DNA from: an uncultured Candidatus Saccharibacteria bacterium
Lineage (GTDB): Bacteria > Patescibacteriota > Andersenbacteria > UBA10190
Assembly: GCA_964610055.1 (NCBI GenBank)
Contig: CAZSUC010000001.1
Location: forward strand, 351,994 to 415,993
Direction: 5' to 3'
DNA length: 64,000 bases
Within the stretch, counting starts at the first letter, position 1; each line of letters opens with the position of its first letter. The notes under the pieces are model-generated. The model was not told the DNA's origin. It did no database searches and saw only the letters and a list, made by a program, of their open reading frames with translations. This document shows, piece by piece, positions 1 through 9,502 of this stretch. The position numbers and the translations under genes are program-made.

Positions 1-141
1 ATCTTATCCGCTTTTCCTGTGTTCTTACTTGCGGGCTTTGTGCGCTCGTCATCTTGGGTCGGGCGGGGATGGATAATCATATCTGTTTTATCGTTAGCTG
101 TTTTGCTCGGAGAATACATTAGCGGCTGGTGGGCTTTTTAA
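1..141 (+). CDS. 3' end of a membrane protein (partial; possibly a mannosyltransferase-like GT-C)
   Basis: Frame 1 reads ILSAFPVFLLAGFVRSSSWVGRGWIIISVLSLAVLLGEYISGWWAF* and is hydrophobic. It is truncated by the window edge. Confidence 0.55.
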   Translation: MLSAFPVFLLAGFVRSSSWVGRGWIIISVLSLAVLLGEYISGWWAF

Positions 142-186
142 TTCCTCATTGACAAACGTCCAATTTTGCGCTACCATTAAAGAAGT

Positions 187-519
187 ATGGAATTTGACAA
201 CAATCAGCACTTCATTTCTCGTTGTCCCTTCTGTAGCGCCGAATATGACCTTGATGGGTCAAAAGTCATTGGAGAAGAAGATGACTCTACTATGGTTTAC
301 GTCGTCTGTTCTGAATGTGGCAGCTCTATTATTGCCATTGTTGCCATGTCTGGCCTCGGCATCGTAAGCCTTGGCTTGGTTACCGACATGGACGAAGTTG
401 ATTCTAAAAAATTCCTTAAATCTGACAGTATCTCTGGAGATGACATTCTTTCCATCTACGAACTCATGCATGATAGTCACCCTAGCGCAGTTAACCAATT
501 GACACGTTCTCAGAAATAA
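187..519 (+). CDS. Zn-ribbon hypothetical protein
   Basis: CPFC...CSEC double CxxC with an acidic C-terminus. Confidence 0.7.
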   Translation: MEFDNNQHFISRCPFCSAEYDLDGSKVIGEEDDSTMVYVVCSECGSSIIAIVAMSGLGIVSLGLVTDMDEVDSKKFLKSDSISGDDILSIYELMHDSHPSAVNQLTRSQK

Positions 520-574
520 CCTACATTAGCAAAACCAGGGATTTACCCCTGTTTTGCTGTTATAACCATACTAT

Positions 575-1237
575 ATGTCAGATAGCCTTTCGCTGGATGT
601 TTCCTTACGCGAATCCAGTCAAACCTTAGCTTCCGTCCGTCAAACCGGTATTCCGGCTGTGTTGTACGGTCACTCTTTTGATAGTCAAAATATCGTGGTT
701 GATGCCAAACAGTTCGCGAAAATTTTTGCCATTGCCGGTTATAGCACAATGGTCACGCTAAATATTGGCTCCGATCAACACCAGGCAATTATTCGTGAAA
801 TTCAATTTCATCCTCTCAAAAATTATCCTATTCATGTTGATTTTTACCGTGTCCGCATGGATGAAAAGATTGTAGCTAACGTGCCGGTTACTTTGGTTGG
901 TGTCGCTCCGGCTGTCAAAGATATGGGGGGAGTCTTAGTGCGCAACTTAGATGAAGTTGAAGTTGAAGCTTTGCCTCAACATATGCCGCGCGAAATTACT
1001 CTCGACATTTCTGTCCTCACAAGTTTTGACCAACCTATTCATGTTAAAGACTTAAGTCTACCTCAAGAAGCAACTATTTTAGATAACGCAGACGAAGTGG
1101 TTATCCTGGTTCAACCTCCTCGCACCGAAACTGAATTAGAAGAATTAAACCAAGCGGCAACCGAAAACGTGGAAGCAGTTGAACAAGCCAAGCCAAAAGC
1201 TAAAGCCGAAGAAGACGCTGCCGATACTACCAAGTAA
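575..1237 (+). CDS. rplY: 50S ribosomal protein L25/CTC (long form)
   Basis: IPAVLYG, IQFHP..HVDFY and GVAPAVKDMGG motifs. Confidence 0.95.
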   Translation: MSDSLSLDVSLRESSQTLASVRQTGIPAVLYGHSFDSQNIVVDAKQFAKIFAIAGYSTMVTLNIGSDQHQAIIREIQFHPLKNYPIHVDFYRVRMDEKIVANVPVTLVGVAPAVKDMGGVLVRNLDEVEVEALPQHMPREITLDISVLTSFDQPIHVKDLSLPQEATILDNADEVVILVQPPRTETELEELNQAATENVEAVEQAKPKAKAEEDAADTTK

Positions 1238-1249
1238 TTCCGTCTCAAT

Positions 1250-2026
1250 TTAATTGATTTTTACAATCTCGCCCGCGGTTGTTTCCACTACCGCGGGTTT
1301 GTGTAACGCTTGCATTCGTTTGATAAAATCTTGTCCATCTGATCCTCCGTCTAAAGCTAAGCGTGGCTCATATTTGAGGCCACGTTCTTCCACTAGCTCA
1401 CTTTGCATCGCCTCGTCCACTTCTGGGCTTGGTATGTAAGGGGGATTACTAACTATAAAATCAACCTTGTCTGGCTGAATTGGTTGTTCAAAATCACCGC
1501 ATCGTATGTCAATTTTTTCTTCTACCTTATATTTTTCAACATTCCGCTGCGCTGTTTGAATTGCGGTCTCGGAAATCTCGGTGGCGATAATCTTTTTGAT
1601 CATGGTGCCGCCTTCCAACGCTAACGTAATCGCAATACACCCACTTCCGGTTCCTAAATCCGCTACCACAATCGGCTGACCCTTGCTTTGATATATTTTT
1701 TTTATTTCATCTAAAGCTCTGGTTACCAACTCTTCTGTCGCCGGGCGGGGGATTAGGACGCTTGGATTAACTAAAAAAGTTCGGCCATAAAACTCTTGAT
1801 AACCTAAGATATAGGCCAACGGCTCGCCTTGTTTCCGCCGCTCACAATCACGCTCCATAGCTAACCATATTTTTTCTAACACCTGCTCTTCGCTGTGTGT
1901 ATATAGCCACGCCGCTTCATTCTGATTTAGGTGGTGCAGCGCTATCCGTTCCGCATCTAAACGCGGCGCGTCCGTAGCCCCGTTTAATATTTCTTGAATC
2001 CTCCGAACTGCTTGGCCAATAGTCAC
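1250..2026 (-). CDS. prmC: release factor glutamine methyltransferase
   Basis: GEPLAYI, LIPRPATE, DLGTGSGCI and SNPPY motifs; lies directly downstream of prfA. Confidence 0.95.
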   Translation of the reverse strand: MTIGQAVRRIQEILNGATDAPRLDAERIALHHLNQNEAAWLYTHSEEQVLEKIWLAMERDCERRKQGEPLAYILGYQEFYGRTFLVNPSVLIPRPATEELVTRALDEIKKIYQSKGQPIVVADLGTGSGCIAITLALEGGTMIKKIIATEISETAIQTAQRNVEKYKVEEKIDIRCGDFEQPIQPDKVDFIVSNPPYIPSPEVDEAMQSELVEERGLKYEPRLALDGGSDGQDFIKRMQALHKPAVVETTAGEIVKIN

Positions 2027-3102
2027 GACTGTGTATTTATCGCTTGGATTTTTATTTGTTTATCCGCTTCTTGCAGAGCAGCAAAGATTGGCTCCCACGC
2101 GCCCTGCATCACTCCTTCAATATTGCTCCATGATTGTTTAATCCGATGATCCGTAATTCGGTCTTGCGGAAAATTATATGTCCTAATTTTTTCCGAACGA
2201 TCACCTGTACCCACTTGTTGCCGTCGTTCGCTCGCTTCTTTTGATCGTCGCTCTTCTTCCTCTGCCGCCAATAAACGACTCCGCAAAATTTTCATTGCCT
2301 TTTCTTTATTCTTGAATTGGCTGCGTTCATCTTGCACAGCCACCACCGTATTTGTTGGTAAATGCGTAATTCTAATCGCCGAACTAGTCTTATTCACTTT
2401 CTGTCCACCAGCACCTCCAGATCGATACGTATCAATCCGCAAATCTTCTGGTCGAATAATAAAATCCTTTTCCGCCGCTTCTGGCATTACTGCCACAGTA
2501 ATCGTTGACGTGTGAATTCGTCCCATCTTTTCAGTTTCCGGCACTCTCTGAACTCGATGCACTCCTCGCTCAAATTTCAATACTCCAAAAACATTCTCTC
2601 CGGTAACTTCCGCAATCACTTCTTTAAATCCATTTTGCTCGCTTAATGAAGTGCTGACAGTATGCATGTTCCAGCGATGCTGTTCGGCGTAACGGGCATA
2701 AGCACGAAACAACTCCGCTGCAAACAAGGACGCCTCATCTCCACCTGCGCCCGCCCGAATTTCTAAAATTACGTTTCGGCTGTCACGCGGATCACGTGGT
2801 AATAAAGCCGTTTCAATTTCTTGTTCTAGTCGTGTAATTTCTTGGCGTAAACGTTCTCCGTCTTCTCGCGCTAATTCTTTTAATTCTTCGTCTTGCTCAT
2901 GTAGTACCATTTCTTCTGCTTCCTTGGCATCACGTAATCCTTTTTCGCGTTGCGTTAATAAATCAGCTAACTGGCTTTTTAACACATGCTCTCGAGATAA
3001 TTCCTGCATTTTTTCCGCATCCAGACTTACAGCCGGATCGCTCATCTGAGTATTCAGGCGCTCAATGTCTTGCTTTATTTGATTTAAATCCGGGTATTCC
3101 AT
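2023..3102 (-). CDS. prfA: peptide chain release factor 1
   Basis: GGQ motif, RVPETE (PxT) RF1 specificity motif, EIRAGAGGDEA. Confidence 0.97.
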   Translation of the reverse strand: MEYPDLNQIKQDIERLNTQMSDPAVSLDAEKMQELSREHVLKSQLADLLTQREKGLRDAKEAEEMVLHEQDEELKELAREDGERLRQEITRLEQEIETALLPRDPRDSRNVILEIRAGAGGDEASLFAAELFRAYARYAEQHRWNMHTVSTSLSEQNGFKEVIAEVTGENVFGVLKFERGVHRVQRVPETEKMGRIHTSTITVAVMPEAAEKDFIIRPEDLRIDTYRSGGAGGQKVNKTSSAIRITHLPTNTVVAVQDERSQFKNKEKAMKILRSRLLAAEEEERRSKEASERRQQVGTGDRSEKIRTYNFPQDRITDHRIKQSWSNIEGVMQGAWEPIFAALQEADKQIKIQAINTQS

Positions 3103-3137
3103 CGCTTAGCTTTATCATATCACGCCCTTACATACAA

Positions 3138-3169
3138 ACTACCCGCTTCGGATATTCCGAGCGGGTAGT
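3138..3169 (-). terminator. hairpin/terminator after rpmE
   Basis: Inverted repeat ACTACCCGC..TCGG/CCGA..GCGGGTAGT. Confidence 0.6.
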
Positions 3170-3184
3170 CGTTGAATTGCGTAT

Positions 3185-3472
3185 TTAATTAATCTTAACT
3201 CCTTCTTTTTGCTGCTTATCTGCTTTCTTAGTCTTGCTTTGGTGTTTTTCAATCTTAGATTGCGTTTTTTTAGTATCAGCTAATTTCTTCTTAAACTTGT
3301 CTACTCGTCCTGCAACATCCACTAACTTCTGTTTGCCAGTATAAAAAGGATGACAAGCGGAACAAACCTCAACCTTAATTTCGGGTTCGACCGAACCAGT
3401 CTCAAATTCGTTACCGCATGTACAGGTAACCTTGATATTTTCGTTATATTTCGGGTGGATACCGTCTTTCAT
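3185..3472 (-). CDS. rpmE: 50S ribosomal protein L31 (Zn-binding type, Lys-rich tail)
   Basis: [30 protein letters not shown]. Confidence 0.97.
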   Translation of the reverse strand: MKDGIHPKYNENIKVTCTCGNEFETGSVEPEIKVEVCSACHPFYTGKQKLVDVAGRVDKFKKKLADTKKTQSKIEKHQSKTKKADKQQKEGVKIN

Positions 3473-3597
3473 GGCCTTTTACTTACTTTTGATTTAGTTA
3501 GCATATGATACGTCATATTGTTGATTTCTGCAAGGATTTACCGTACTATTTACTCCGCTATCCTTATTTGGTCTTTTTTGGCCGAGAATAGCGCTTA

Positions 3598-3744
3598 TTC
3601 ACAATTCCCATTTCGTGCCTACTATTCATCTGTGTTCTGAGTCCAGAATTCAGATTCCTCCTCCTCCCGGCTTGCCGGGCCTTGGGGCCGCTCTTATCTA
3701 GCGGGGGATAGCAGACCGAAAGCGGCTAACAAGGAGCAAATTTT
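3598..3744 (+). promoter_or_regulatory. structured rpsB 5' leader (probable S2 autoregulatory RNA)
   Basis: Several hairpins (TTCTG-agtc-CAGAA, CCCGGC-tt-GCCGGG, CCGCT..AGCGG) precede the SD AAGGAG and rpsB. Confidence 0.5.
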
Positions 3745-4503
3745 ATGCCCAAAGATACTAAGTCTCCCGTCAACACCTTCGAGTTGCCGGATTTAATCAC
3801 CATGTTGGAAGCCGGTGTCCATTTCGGCCACGAACGCAGCAAACGTAATCCTAAAATGGAACCATATATTTATACTTTGCGTAATCGCATTGCGATTTTG
3901 GATCTCGAAAAGACCCAAGCTAAACTCAAAGAAGCCATTGATTTTCTCCAACGCATTGCCAAAACAACCAATCAAGAAATTCTCTTTGTTGGTACTAAAC
4001 GTCAAGCTCGAGATATCGTGCGTCGACACGCTGAATCTATCGGCATGCCATACATCACTCAACGTTGGCTGGGTGGTACCTTAACTAACTTCCGCACCAT
4101 TCTCAAAAGCGTTGAAAAATTGGACGAACTGAAATCCCTAGCCGAGTCTCCTCAAGCCCAAAAAATGACCAAGAAAGAACGGTCAGTGATGCGCAAAGAA
4201 ATCGAACGTCTTGAAGAAGTGTTAGAGGGGATTATGAATATTCGTGCTTTGCCAGCCGCGATCTTTATCGCCGGTATTCAAGATGAAAAATTAGCTTTGC
4301 GAGAAGCGGCTCGTATCGGCATCCCTGTTGTTGGTATTGCTGATACCAACGCTGATCCTAGTGCTGTCAAATATCCTATTCCTGGTAATGACGACGCCGT
4401 GCGTTCTTTGGATCTTCTGGTTGGCACTATTGCTCGGGCAATTGCAGAAGCTCGTGGTATTACGATTAAAAGCAAGACCACTCCAACTCCTGTCGCTGAT
4501 TAA
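3745..4503 (+). CDS. rpsB: 30S ribosomal protein S2
   Basis: AGVHFGH, RWLGGTLTNF, IPGNDDA. Confidence 0.98.
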   Translation: MPKDTKSPVNTFELPDLITMLEAGVHFGHERSKRNPKMEPYIYTLRNRIAILDLEKTQAKLKEAIDFLQRIAKTTNQEILFVGTKRQARDIVRRHAESIGMPYITQRWLGGTLTNFRTILKSVEKLDELKSLAESPQAQKMTKKERSVMRKEIERLEEVLEGIMNIRALPAAIFIAGIQDEKLALREAARIGIPVVGIADTNADPSAVKYPIPGNDDAVRSLDLLVGTIARAIAEARGITIKSKTTPTPVAD

Positions 4504-4537
4504 GGTATAATCAAACTATCTAACTTAATTTCAATTT

Positions 4538-5122
4538 ATGGCTACTCTCGAACAAGTGAAAGAATTACGCCGCCGAACTGGTTGCGGCATCGTTGATTGC
4601 AAACAAGCGCTTGAAGAAGCGCAAGATGACATTGAAGCTGCCATCACTGTTTTACGTAAAAAGGGGATTGCTAAAGTCGCTAAAAAAGCTGACCGTGAAA
4701 CTCGTGAAGGCATGGTTGCTTCATATACCCATAGCAATGGCCAGTTAGTCGCTATGGTTTCTATTCTCTGTGAAACTGATTTTGTCGCACGTAACGAACG
4801 GTTTCAGCAATTAGGCCGCGACATCGCTATGCATATCGCTGCGTCTGATCCGGCCGTTGTGCATCCGGGCGATATGCCGGAAGCAGCTTTAGAAGCTGAA
4901 CGCGCCATCGCCTTAGAACAGGCTAAAGCTTCTAATAAACCAGCTGACATTCAAGCGAAAATTGTTGAAGGCAAACTAAAAACATTTGCCGAAGAGCGTG
5001 CTTTGATGACCCAAGCTTTTGTTAAGGATCCTAGCAAAACTATTCAACAAATTATTAACGAAGCTATCCAAGAACTAGGGGAGAATATTTCTATCGGAGA
5101 TTTTCATCGTCTCTCCATCTAA
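4538..5122 (+). CDS. tsf: elongation factor Ts (short form)
   Basis: VKELRRRTGCGIVDCK and CETDFVARN; follows rpsB. Confidence 0.97.
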   Translation: MATLEQVKELRRRTGCGIVDCKQALEEAQDDIEAAITVLRKKGIAKVAKKADRETREGMVASYTHSNGQLVAMVSILCETDFVARNERFQQLGRDIAMHIAASDPAVVHPGDMPEAALEAERAIALEQAKASNKPADIQAKIVEGKLKTFAEERALMTQAFVKDPSKTIQQIINEAIQELGENISIGDFHRLSI

Positions 5123-5145
5123 ATAGCAAACAAAAACAGAAAATA

Positions 5146-5182
5146 TCGCCCCGCCACCCCCTTGGCGGGGCGAACTGTTTTT
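5146..5182 (+). terminator. intrinsic terminator of rpsB-tsf
   Basis: TCGCCCCGCCA/TGGCGGGGCGA stem followed by a T-run. Confidence 0.75.
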
Positions 5183-5242
5183 GATAAGCTATTCACTAAC
5201 AACCTTTTTGCATCCTTCGTTTTTGCCATGCTGTATAACCTT

Positions 5243-6388
5243 ATGCCACCAACTATACTCCTCCTTTCTCTCGGTGGTGTTATGGTTATCCTTTCACGCG
5301 GTGTTCTGAGGATGCGCAAAGCTGAATTTAATGCCAGCATAAAATCGTACGGAAACAGTACTACTACAACAGTCAACTCCTCAAAAAATATTGGCCGTCT
5401 TTTTCGCCCTACCCATAAAGGTGTTCAAGCGATTTCTAATCGCGCCACAGGCGCCATGTTAGCTCTCAAACAAAATAGCCAAGAAATTTCCCAAGGATTT
5501 AGTGGCCTTAAGTCTCGCTTATCTAATCGACGCATTGCGCGCAAACAAGATTCGCCTGCTCCTGCTCCTGAGCCAACAGAGACTGTTGCGACTTCGCCTG
5601 CCAAAGGAGAGCTAGTCATGCCTGAATCTGGTTGGCGGGATAAATTTTCTTCCTCTGTGAGTAATGCTTTTGGAAGCGCGCGTCATCGCGCTCATAAGTC
5701 AGTCACTGCTCTTAAAGAACGTCGACAACAGCGTCAAATTGATCAAGAATCAAACACAAAAGATACTCCTGCTCCTACCCCTAAAAAACTATCCATCAAA
5801 ACAAGATTAGTCCAATCTCGTGTCAGCACTGAAGAATCGCGTTTATCATCCTCCGAATCTTCTGGTTCCGGGCTTTCTCTTTCAGCTGTGGTTAAAAAAG
5901 CCGTAACTGCTTCTGTCTCGGCTTCAACCGCACCAACTCCCGCTGAACCAGTAACTCTTTTAGGACAAGCCCAAGCCGCTTTAACTGCTAAAGATTTTAA
6001 AAAAGCTGAATTTTTTGTTTTGAATCATATTACCAAGCACACCAAAGACTGCGCTGCTTACATGTTATTGGGTCAAATTGCCTTAGCTCAGTCTAATTGG
6101 AGTGAAGGCTTGGAAATTTTCGAACAAATTATTTCTTGGAATGATCAGCAGCCAGGTGCTTACTCTGCTTTAGGATATGCTGCTTGTCGGGCGGGAAAAT
6201 TAACTCGTGCCATCCAAGCCCTACAGCGAGCGCATGAAGCTGAACCTGAGAATATTGCTGTTCTCCAAGATTTATATATTATTGCTCGTCGCATGGATAA
6301 TCCTGCATTACAACATTCAATCTCTAAAAAATTAGAGGCCCTGAATGCCCCTGTCGTCTCATCGCACGCTGACGTTGTCGCTGTTTAA
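5243..6388 (+). CDS. membrane-anchored TPR-repeat protein
   Basis: N-terminal hydrophobic segment, low-complexity linker and C-terminal TPR-like repeats (AYMLLGQI, AYSALGYA). Start moved to ATG 5243, downstream of the terminator. Confidence 0.75.
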   Translation: MPPTILLLSLGGVMVILSRGVLRMRKAEFNASIKSYGNSTTTTVNSSKNIGRLFRPTHKGVQAISNRATGAMLALKQNSQEISQGFSGLKSRLSNRRIARKQDSPAPAPEPTETVATSPAKGELVMPESGWRDKFSSSVSNAFGSARHRAHKSVTALKERRQQRQIDQESNTKDTPAPTPKKLSIKTRLVQSRVSTEESRLSSSESSGSGLSLSAVVKKAVTASVSASTAPTPAEPVTLLGQAQAALTAKDFKKAEFFVLNHITKHTKDCAAYMLLGQIALAQSNWSEGLEIFEQIISWNDQQPGAYSALGYAACRAGKLTRAIQALQRAHEAEPENIAVLQDLYIIARRMDNPALQHSISKKLEALNAPVVSSHADVVAV

Positions 6389-6397
6389 TTAAAGATA

Positions 6398-6793
6398 TTA
6401 AATTCCTTTTCGTAAACGACGCATTGTGCTCCACGCGCCAGTTCCCACAGCAGCTAATAATCCTGGAATCATCCAAATCTCTGCGCCTGTTTGCGTTGTG
6501 GGACTGACATCTTGAGTCGTAGCCTCCTCTGTGACCTCTTCCTCCTCATCTTCCACCCAAGCTGGATTGATAGCAGTTTGATCATCCGTTAGACCAGCCA
6601 CTTCCTCGTTATTTTCTATACTTTCCGTCGGGTTTGCTGTCGGAGTTACGCTAATTAGCGCAGTCGGGGACATAGCTTCATCTTGACGATTTGGACGAAT
6701 AATTATCACGTACCATGCAATTGCCGCCACCAAGACTGCTAACATCGTCGCTCCGATAATAACGCTGCGCTGGCTTTGTGATTCTTCTTCCAT
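6398..6793 (-). CDS. small exported protein with a candidate sortase sorting signal
   Basis: N-terminal TM, acidic Thr/Glu linker, then PTTQTG + hydrophobic stretch + RRLRK tail. Confidence 0.7.
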   Translation of the reverse strand: MEEESQSQRSVIIGATMLAVLVAAIAWYVIIIRPNRQDEAMSPTALISVTPTANPTESIENNEEVAGLTDDQTAINPAWVEDEEEEVTEEATTQDVSPTTQTGAEIWMIPGLLAAVGTGAWSTMRRLRKGI

Positions 6794-6831
6794 AGCCCTC
6801 TAACATATGCTTTTTAGCCTTAATCGTCAAC

Positions 6832-6861
6832 AAAAAACCGTCGACATTCATTGTCGACGGT
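6832..6861 (-). terminator. intrinsic terminator after the HD-domain gene
   Basis: ACCGTCGACA/TGTCGACGGT stem with a T-run on the minus strand. Confidence 0.7.
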
Positions 6862-6883
6862 AGCCATACAATGGTCCCATGTT

Positions 6884-7618
6884 CTAGTCCTGACATTCCC
6901 AGTTTTCCATAGTCTGCTGAAAAATGTCATTAATATAGTTAAAGAAAGTGCCAAACTTCTGATCCGGAAACGGACCCTCGTGCAAATCCCTTTCCGTACG
7001 CAGAGATTCAAGGCTCATCCGCAGCTGTGCCGGCGTCGTTGTGGCTTTAGCGTCCCTACGATTCAAAGCAGCTTTAATCCCTGCCTTAGTCACCGTCCAC
7101 AAGCAATCTGCTTCCCGCAATGCCCGTGGTAAAAATCCCGGCGGCAAACGCACTCCCAATTCAGGATCGTCATGAATAGCAATCAGGTCGACGATAGCCT
7201 GAATCTGATCTTGGCCGTACCAACCAGCGCTTGGCGCGGAGCGTAGCATCAGCGATGCCGCCCGTGCGCATTTCTGCATATGAATCTGAACATCCTGATT
7301 CGGGCAAACATCATGTAACAACGCCGCAGTTAAACCTACCATAGTCTCGGGCCAACTACAGTGATTTGCTACTGCCAGCCTCGCCATCATGTGCGTCACG
7401 AACAAGTGATGCTCAACCGGATTATTGGCCTCGGGATGGAGCCAATATTGATCCGTTAAAGCCATCATGGTTAATCGATGCAAGATTTCTTCCAATTTCC
7501 TAACATCATTAACCAAGCCAACTTCAGCTGCATGAATCGGTCGCAAAGCCTCACTTAAAAGAGCTTTCAAGACCTGGTCATTCGGACGGTCGTAATTCAA
7601 CCGCACTACATATGCCAT
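6884..7618 (-). CDS. HD-domain phosphohydrolase-like protein
   Basis: EHH, ALLHD, IHD and EAD follow the HD-family H..HD..D pattern; SD GAGGA upstream. Confidence 0.7.
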   Translation of the reverse strand: MAYVVRLNYDRPNDQVLKALLSEALRPIHAAEVGLVNDVRKLEEILHRLTMMALTDQYWLHPEANNPVEHHLFVTHMMARLAVANHCSWPETMVGLTAALLHDVCPNQDVQIHMQKCARAASLMLRSAPSAGWYGQDQIQAIVDLIAIHDDPELGVRLPPGFLPRALREADCLWTVTKAGIKAALNRRDAKATTTPAQLRMSLESLRTERDLHEGPFPDQKFGTFFNYINDIFQQTMENWECQD

Positions 7619-7731
7619 CTGTCTGTTCCTCGTCTTTTAAAGTTTTAACGTAAATTGTCAAAAAACAACCTTATCTAACTAATACACCCTCGTTGAATAA
7701 AAAAGAACCCCGCCACCGGGGTTCAAGAGCG

Positions 7732-7920
7732 TCACCACATGACTTCCTCAATCGTCACGTTGGTTGGAGCGGCACACCACAGACTAAACAAGTACAGCAC
7801 TACTGCTCCCAGCAAAATCAAAACTTTTGTCCTGTGAGACCAACTATTATGGCTATCAATGATAGCCATAATCACCATAACTACCCCTAAAGCACAGGCC
7901 GCCATAAAAAACTGTCCCAT
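7732..7920 (-). CDS. small two-TM hypothetical protein (start uncertain: 7920 or 7998)
   Basis: Two hydrophobic segments; purine-rich SD-like sequence before ATG 7920; hairpin with T-run at 7699-7724 downstream. Confidence 0.5.
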   Translation of the reverse strand: MGQFFMAACALGVVMVIMAIIDSHNSWSHRTKVLILLGAVVLYLFSLWCAAPTNVTIEEVMW

Positions 7921-8020
7921 CTCTCGCCCTTTCTGGACAATGAACAACTTAACTTGCAAAATTCCGCAAGCCAACCAAATCAATACCATAACTACCAAAT
8001 AATGTCAAAATTCCATCTTG

Positions 8021-8093
8021 TCCGAGGGGTAGGAGTTGAACCTACTTGGAACGGTTTTACAGACCGTCGCATAAGCCGTTCTGCCACCCTCGG
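8021..8093 (-). tRNA. tRNA-Tyr(GUA), archaeal-type identity (C1:G72, A73, short variable loop)
   Basis: CCGAGGG/CCCTCGG acceptor stem, ACGGT-CTGTAAA-ACCGT anticodon arm, 5-nt variable loop, GTAGG-TTCAACT-CCTAC T arm; CCA not encoded. Confidence 0.93.
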
Positions 8094-8153
8094 CTTGTTG
8101 TAGATGATACCGGACAATACTTGGATCGCCAAGTATCTTTTCTACCAAACGGG

Positions 8154-8225
8154 AGCCAGCTGTCGGATTTGAACCGACGACCTTCGCTTTACAAAAGCGT
8201 TGCTCTGCCACTGAGCTAAGCTGGC
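8154..8225 (-). tRNA. tRNA-Thr(UGU)
   Basis: GCCAGCT/AGCTGGC acceptor stem, anticodon loop TT-TGT-AA, GGTTCAAATCC T arm. Confidence 0.93.
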
Positions 8226-8306
8226 ACGGTCACGGCCGTTAACCGCCATGAAACATCACTATAGTCAAATTATGGCTAAAAATCAAACTTCTGTTATTCT
8301 TAACCC

Positions 8307-9374
8307 ATGGACGATCGCAACCTTATTATTAAGCGCCTTATTTCTAACAGCGCCGAAGTTATCACTCCTGAAGAATTTAAGCAGCGCCTTTCTTCCGACC
8401 AACCTTTAACCCATTATATCGGCTTTGAAATCTCCGGTTACGTCCATATCGGACAGGGGATTATGAGCGCCCTTGTTATCAAGGACCTGCAGGCTTTAGG
8501 CGTTAAGTGCACCATTTGGTTAGCTGATTGGCATACCTGGATTAACGACAAATTAGACGGCACCAAAGCAACTGCTCAAAAAATTGGGACTGGCTATTTT
8601 ACTGAAGCGCTCACGTCCGCCTTGCTCTGCGTTGGCGCAGATCCTGATCAGGTTGAATTTCGTTTAGCCTCTGACTGGTATGCTCGCGATGGCCTGGCTT
8701 ACATGGAAACCCTGATCAAAGTTGCTCGGCACACTACCTTAGCGCGCGCTTTGCGCAGTGTTAGTATTATGGGTCGGGAAGCGGGGGAAAATATTGAATT
8801 AGCTAAAACTTTTTATCCCGCCATGCAAGCGGCTGATATTTTTTACCAAAATATCGACATTGCCCACGCCGCGATGGATCAACGCAAAGCTCACGTTGTC
8901 ATGCGCGATGTTGCTGATCATGTTCAGCCTGACAAACCTAAACCGATTGCCCTACACCATCCTTTAATTGACGGTCTTACGGGCGAAGCTAAGATGAGCA
9001 AATCCAAACCGGATTCCGCTGTGTTTATTCATGACGAACCGGATGATATTCATCGTAAAATTAACAAAGCCTATTGTCAGGAAAAAGACACTCAAAAAAA
9101 TCCTATTCTTAACTGGACAAAAAACATCCTATTCTGGAACCGCGTTCATCCTTTTGTTATTGAACGCAAACCTGAACACGGCGGAACCTTGGAATTTTCA
9201 GACTATTCTCATTTGGAGCAAGCTTTTGCAGCCGGGGAGTTACATCCTATGGATCTTAAAGCGGCTGTTGCTGCCGAAATTGTCGCTCTCTTAGCTCCAG
9301 CTCGGTCTCATTTTGCTCAGCCAGAAATCGCTGCTAAAAAAGCCGAACTCGACAAAGTTCTTGCAAGTCGTTAG
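8307..9374 (+). CDS. tyrS: tyrosyl-tRNA synthetase, archaeal/eukaryal type
   Basis: YIGFEISGYVHIG, LADWH, YPAMQAAD, DQRKAH, KMSKS, KINKAYC and LHPMDLK; 355 aa with no S4-like C-terminal domain. Confidence 0.93.
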   Translation: MDDRNLIIKRLISNSAEVITPEEFKQRLSSDQPLTHYIGFEISGYVHIGQGIMSALVIKDLQALGVKCTIWLADWHTWINDKLDGTKATAQKIGTGYFTEALTSALLCVGADPDQVEFRLASDWYARDGLAYMETLIKVARHTTLARALRSVSIMGREAGENIELAKTFYPAMQAADIFYQNIDIAHAAMDQRKAHVVMRDVADHVQPDKPKPIALHHPLIDGLTGEAKMSKSKPDSAVFIHDEPDDIHRKINKAYCQEKDTQKNPILNWTKNILFWNRVHPFVIERKPEHGGTLEFSDYSHLEQAFAAGELHPMDLKAAVAAEIVALLAPARSHFAQPEIAAKKAELDKVLASR

Positions 9375-9390
9375 TTTTATTACATATTGC

Positions 9391-9465
9391 GCCGATGTAG
9401 CTCAGTGGCAGAGCAATTCCATGGTAAGGAATAGGTCGGGAGTTCAATCCTCCCCATCGGCTCCA
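9391..9465 (+). tRNA. tRNA-Thr(GGU)
   Basis: GCCGATG/CATCGGC acceptor stem, anticodon loop AT-GGT-AA, encoded CCA. Confidence 0.95.
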
Positions 9466-9502
9466 ATTTATTAGGCCTTTTTGCCTTGCCTATACTGCTC
9501 TT

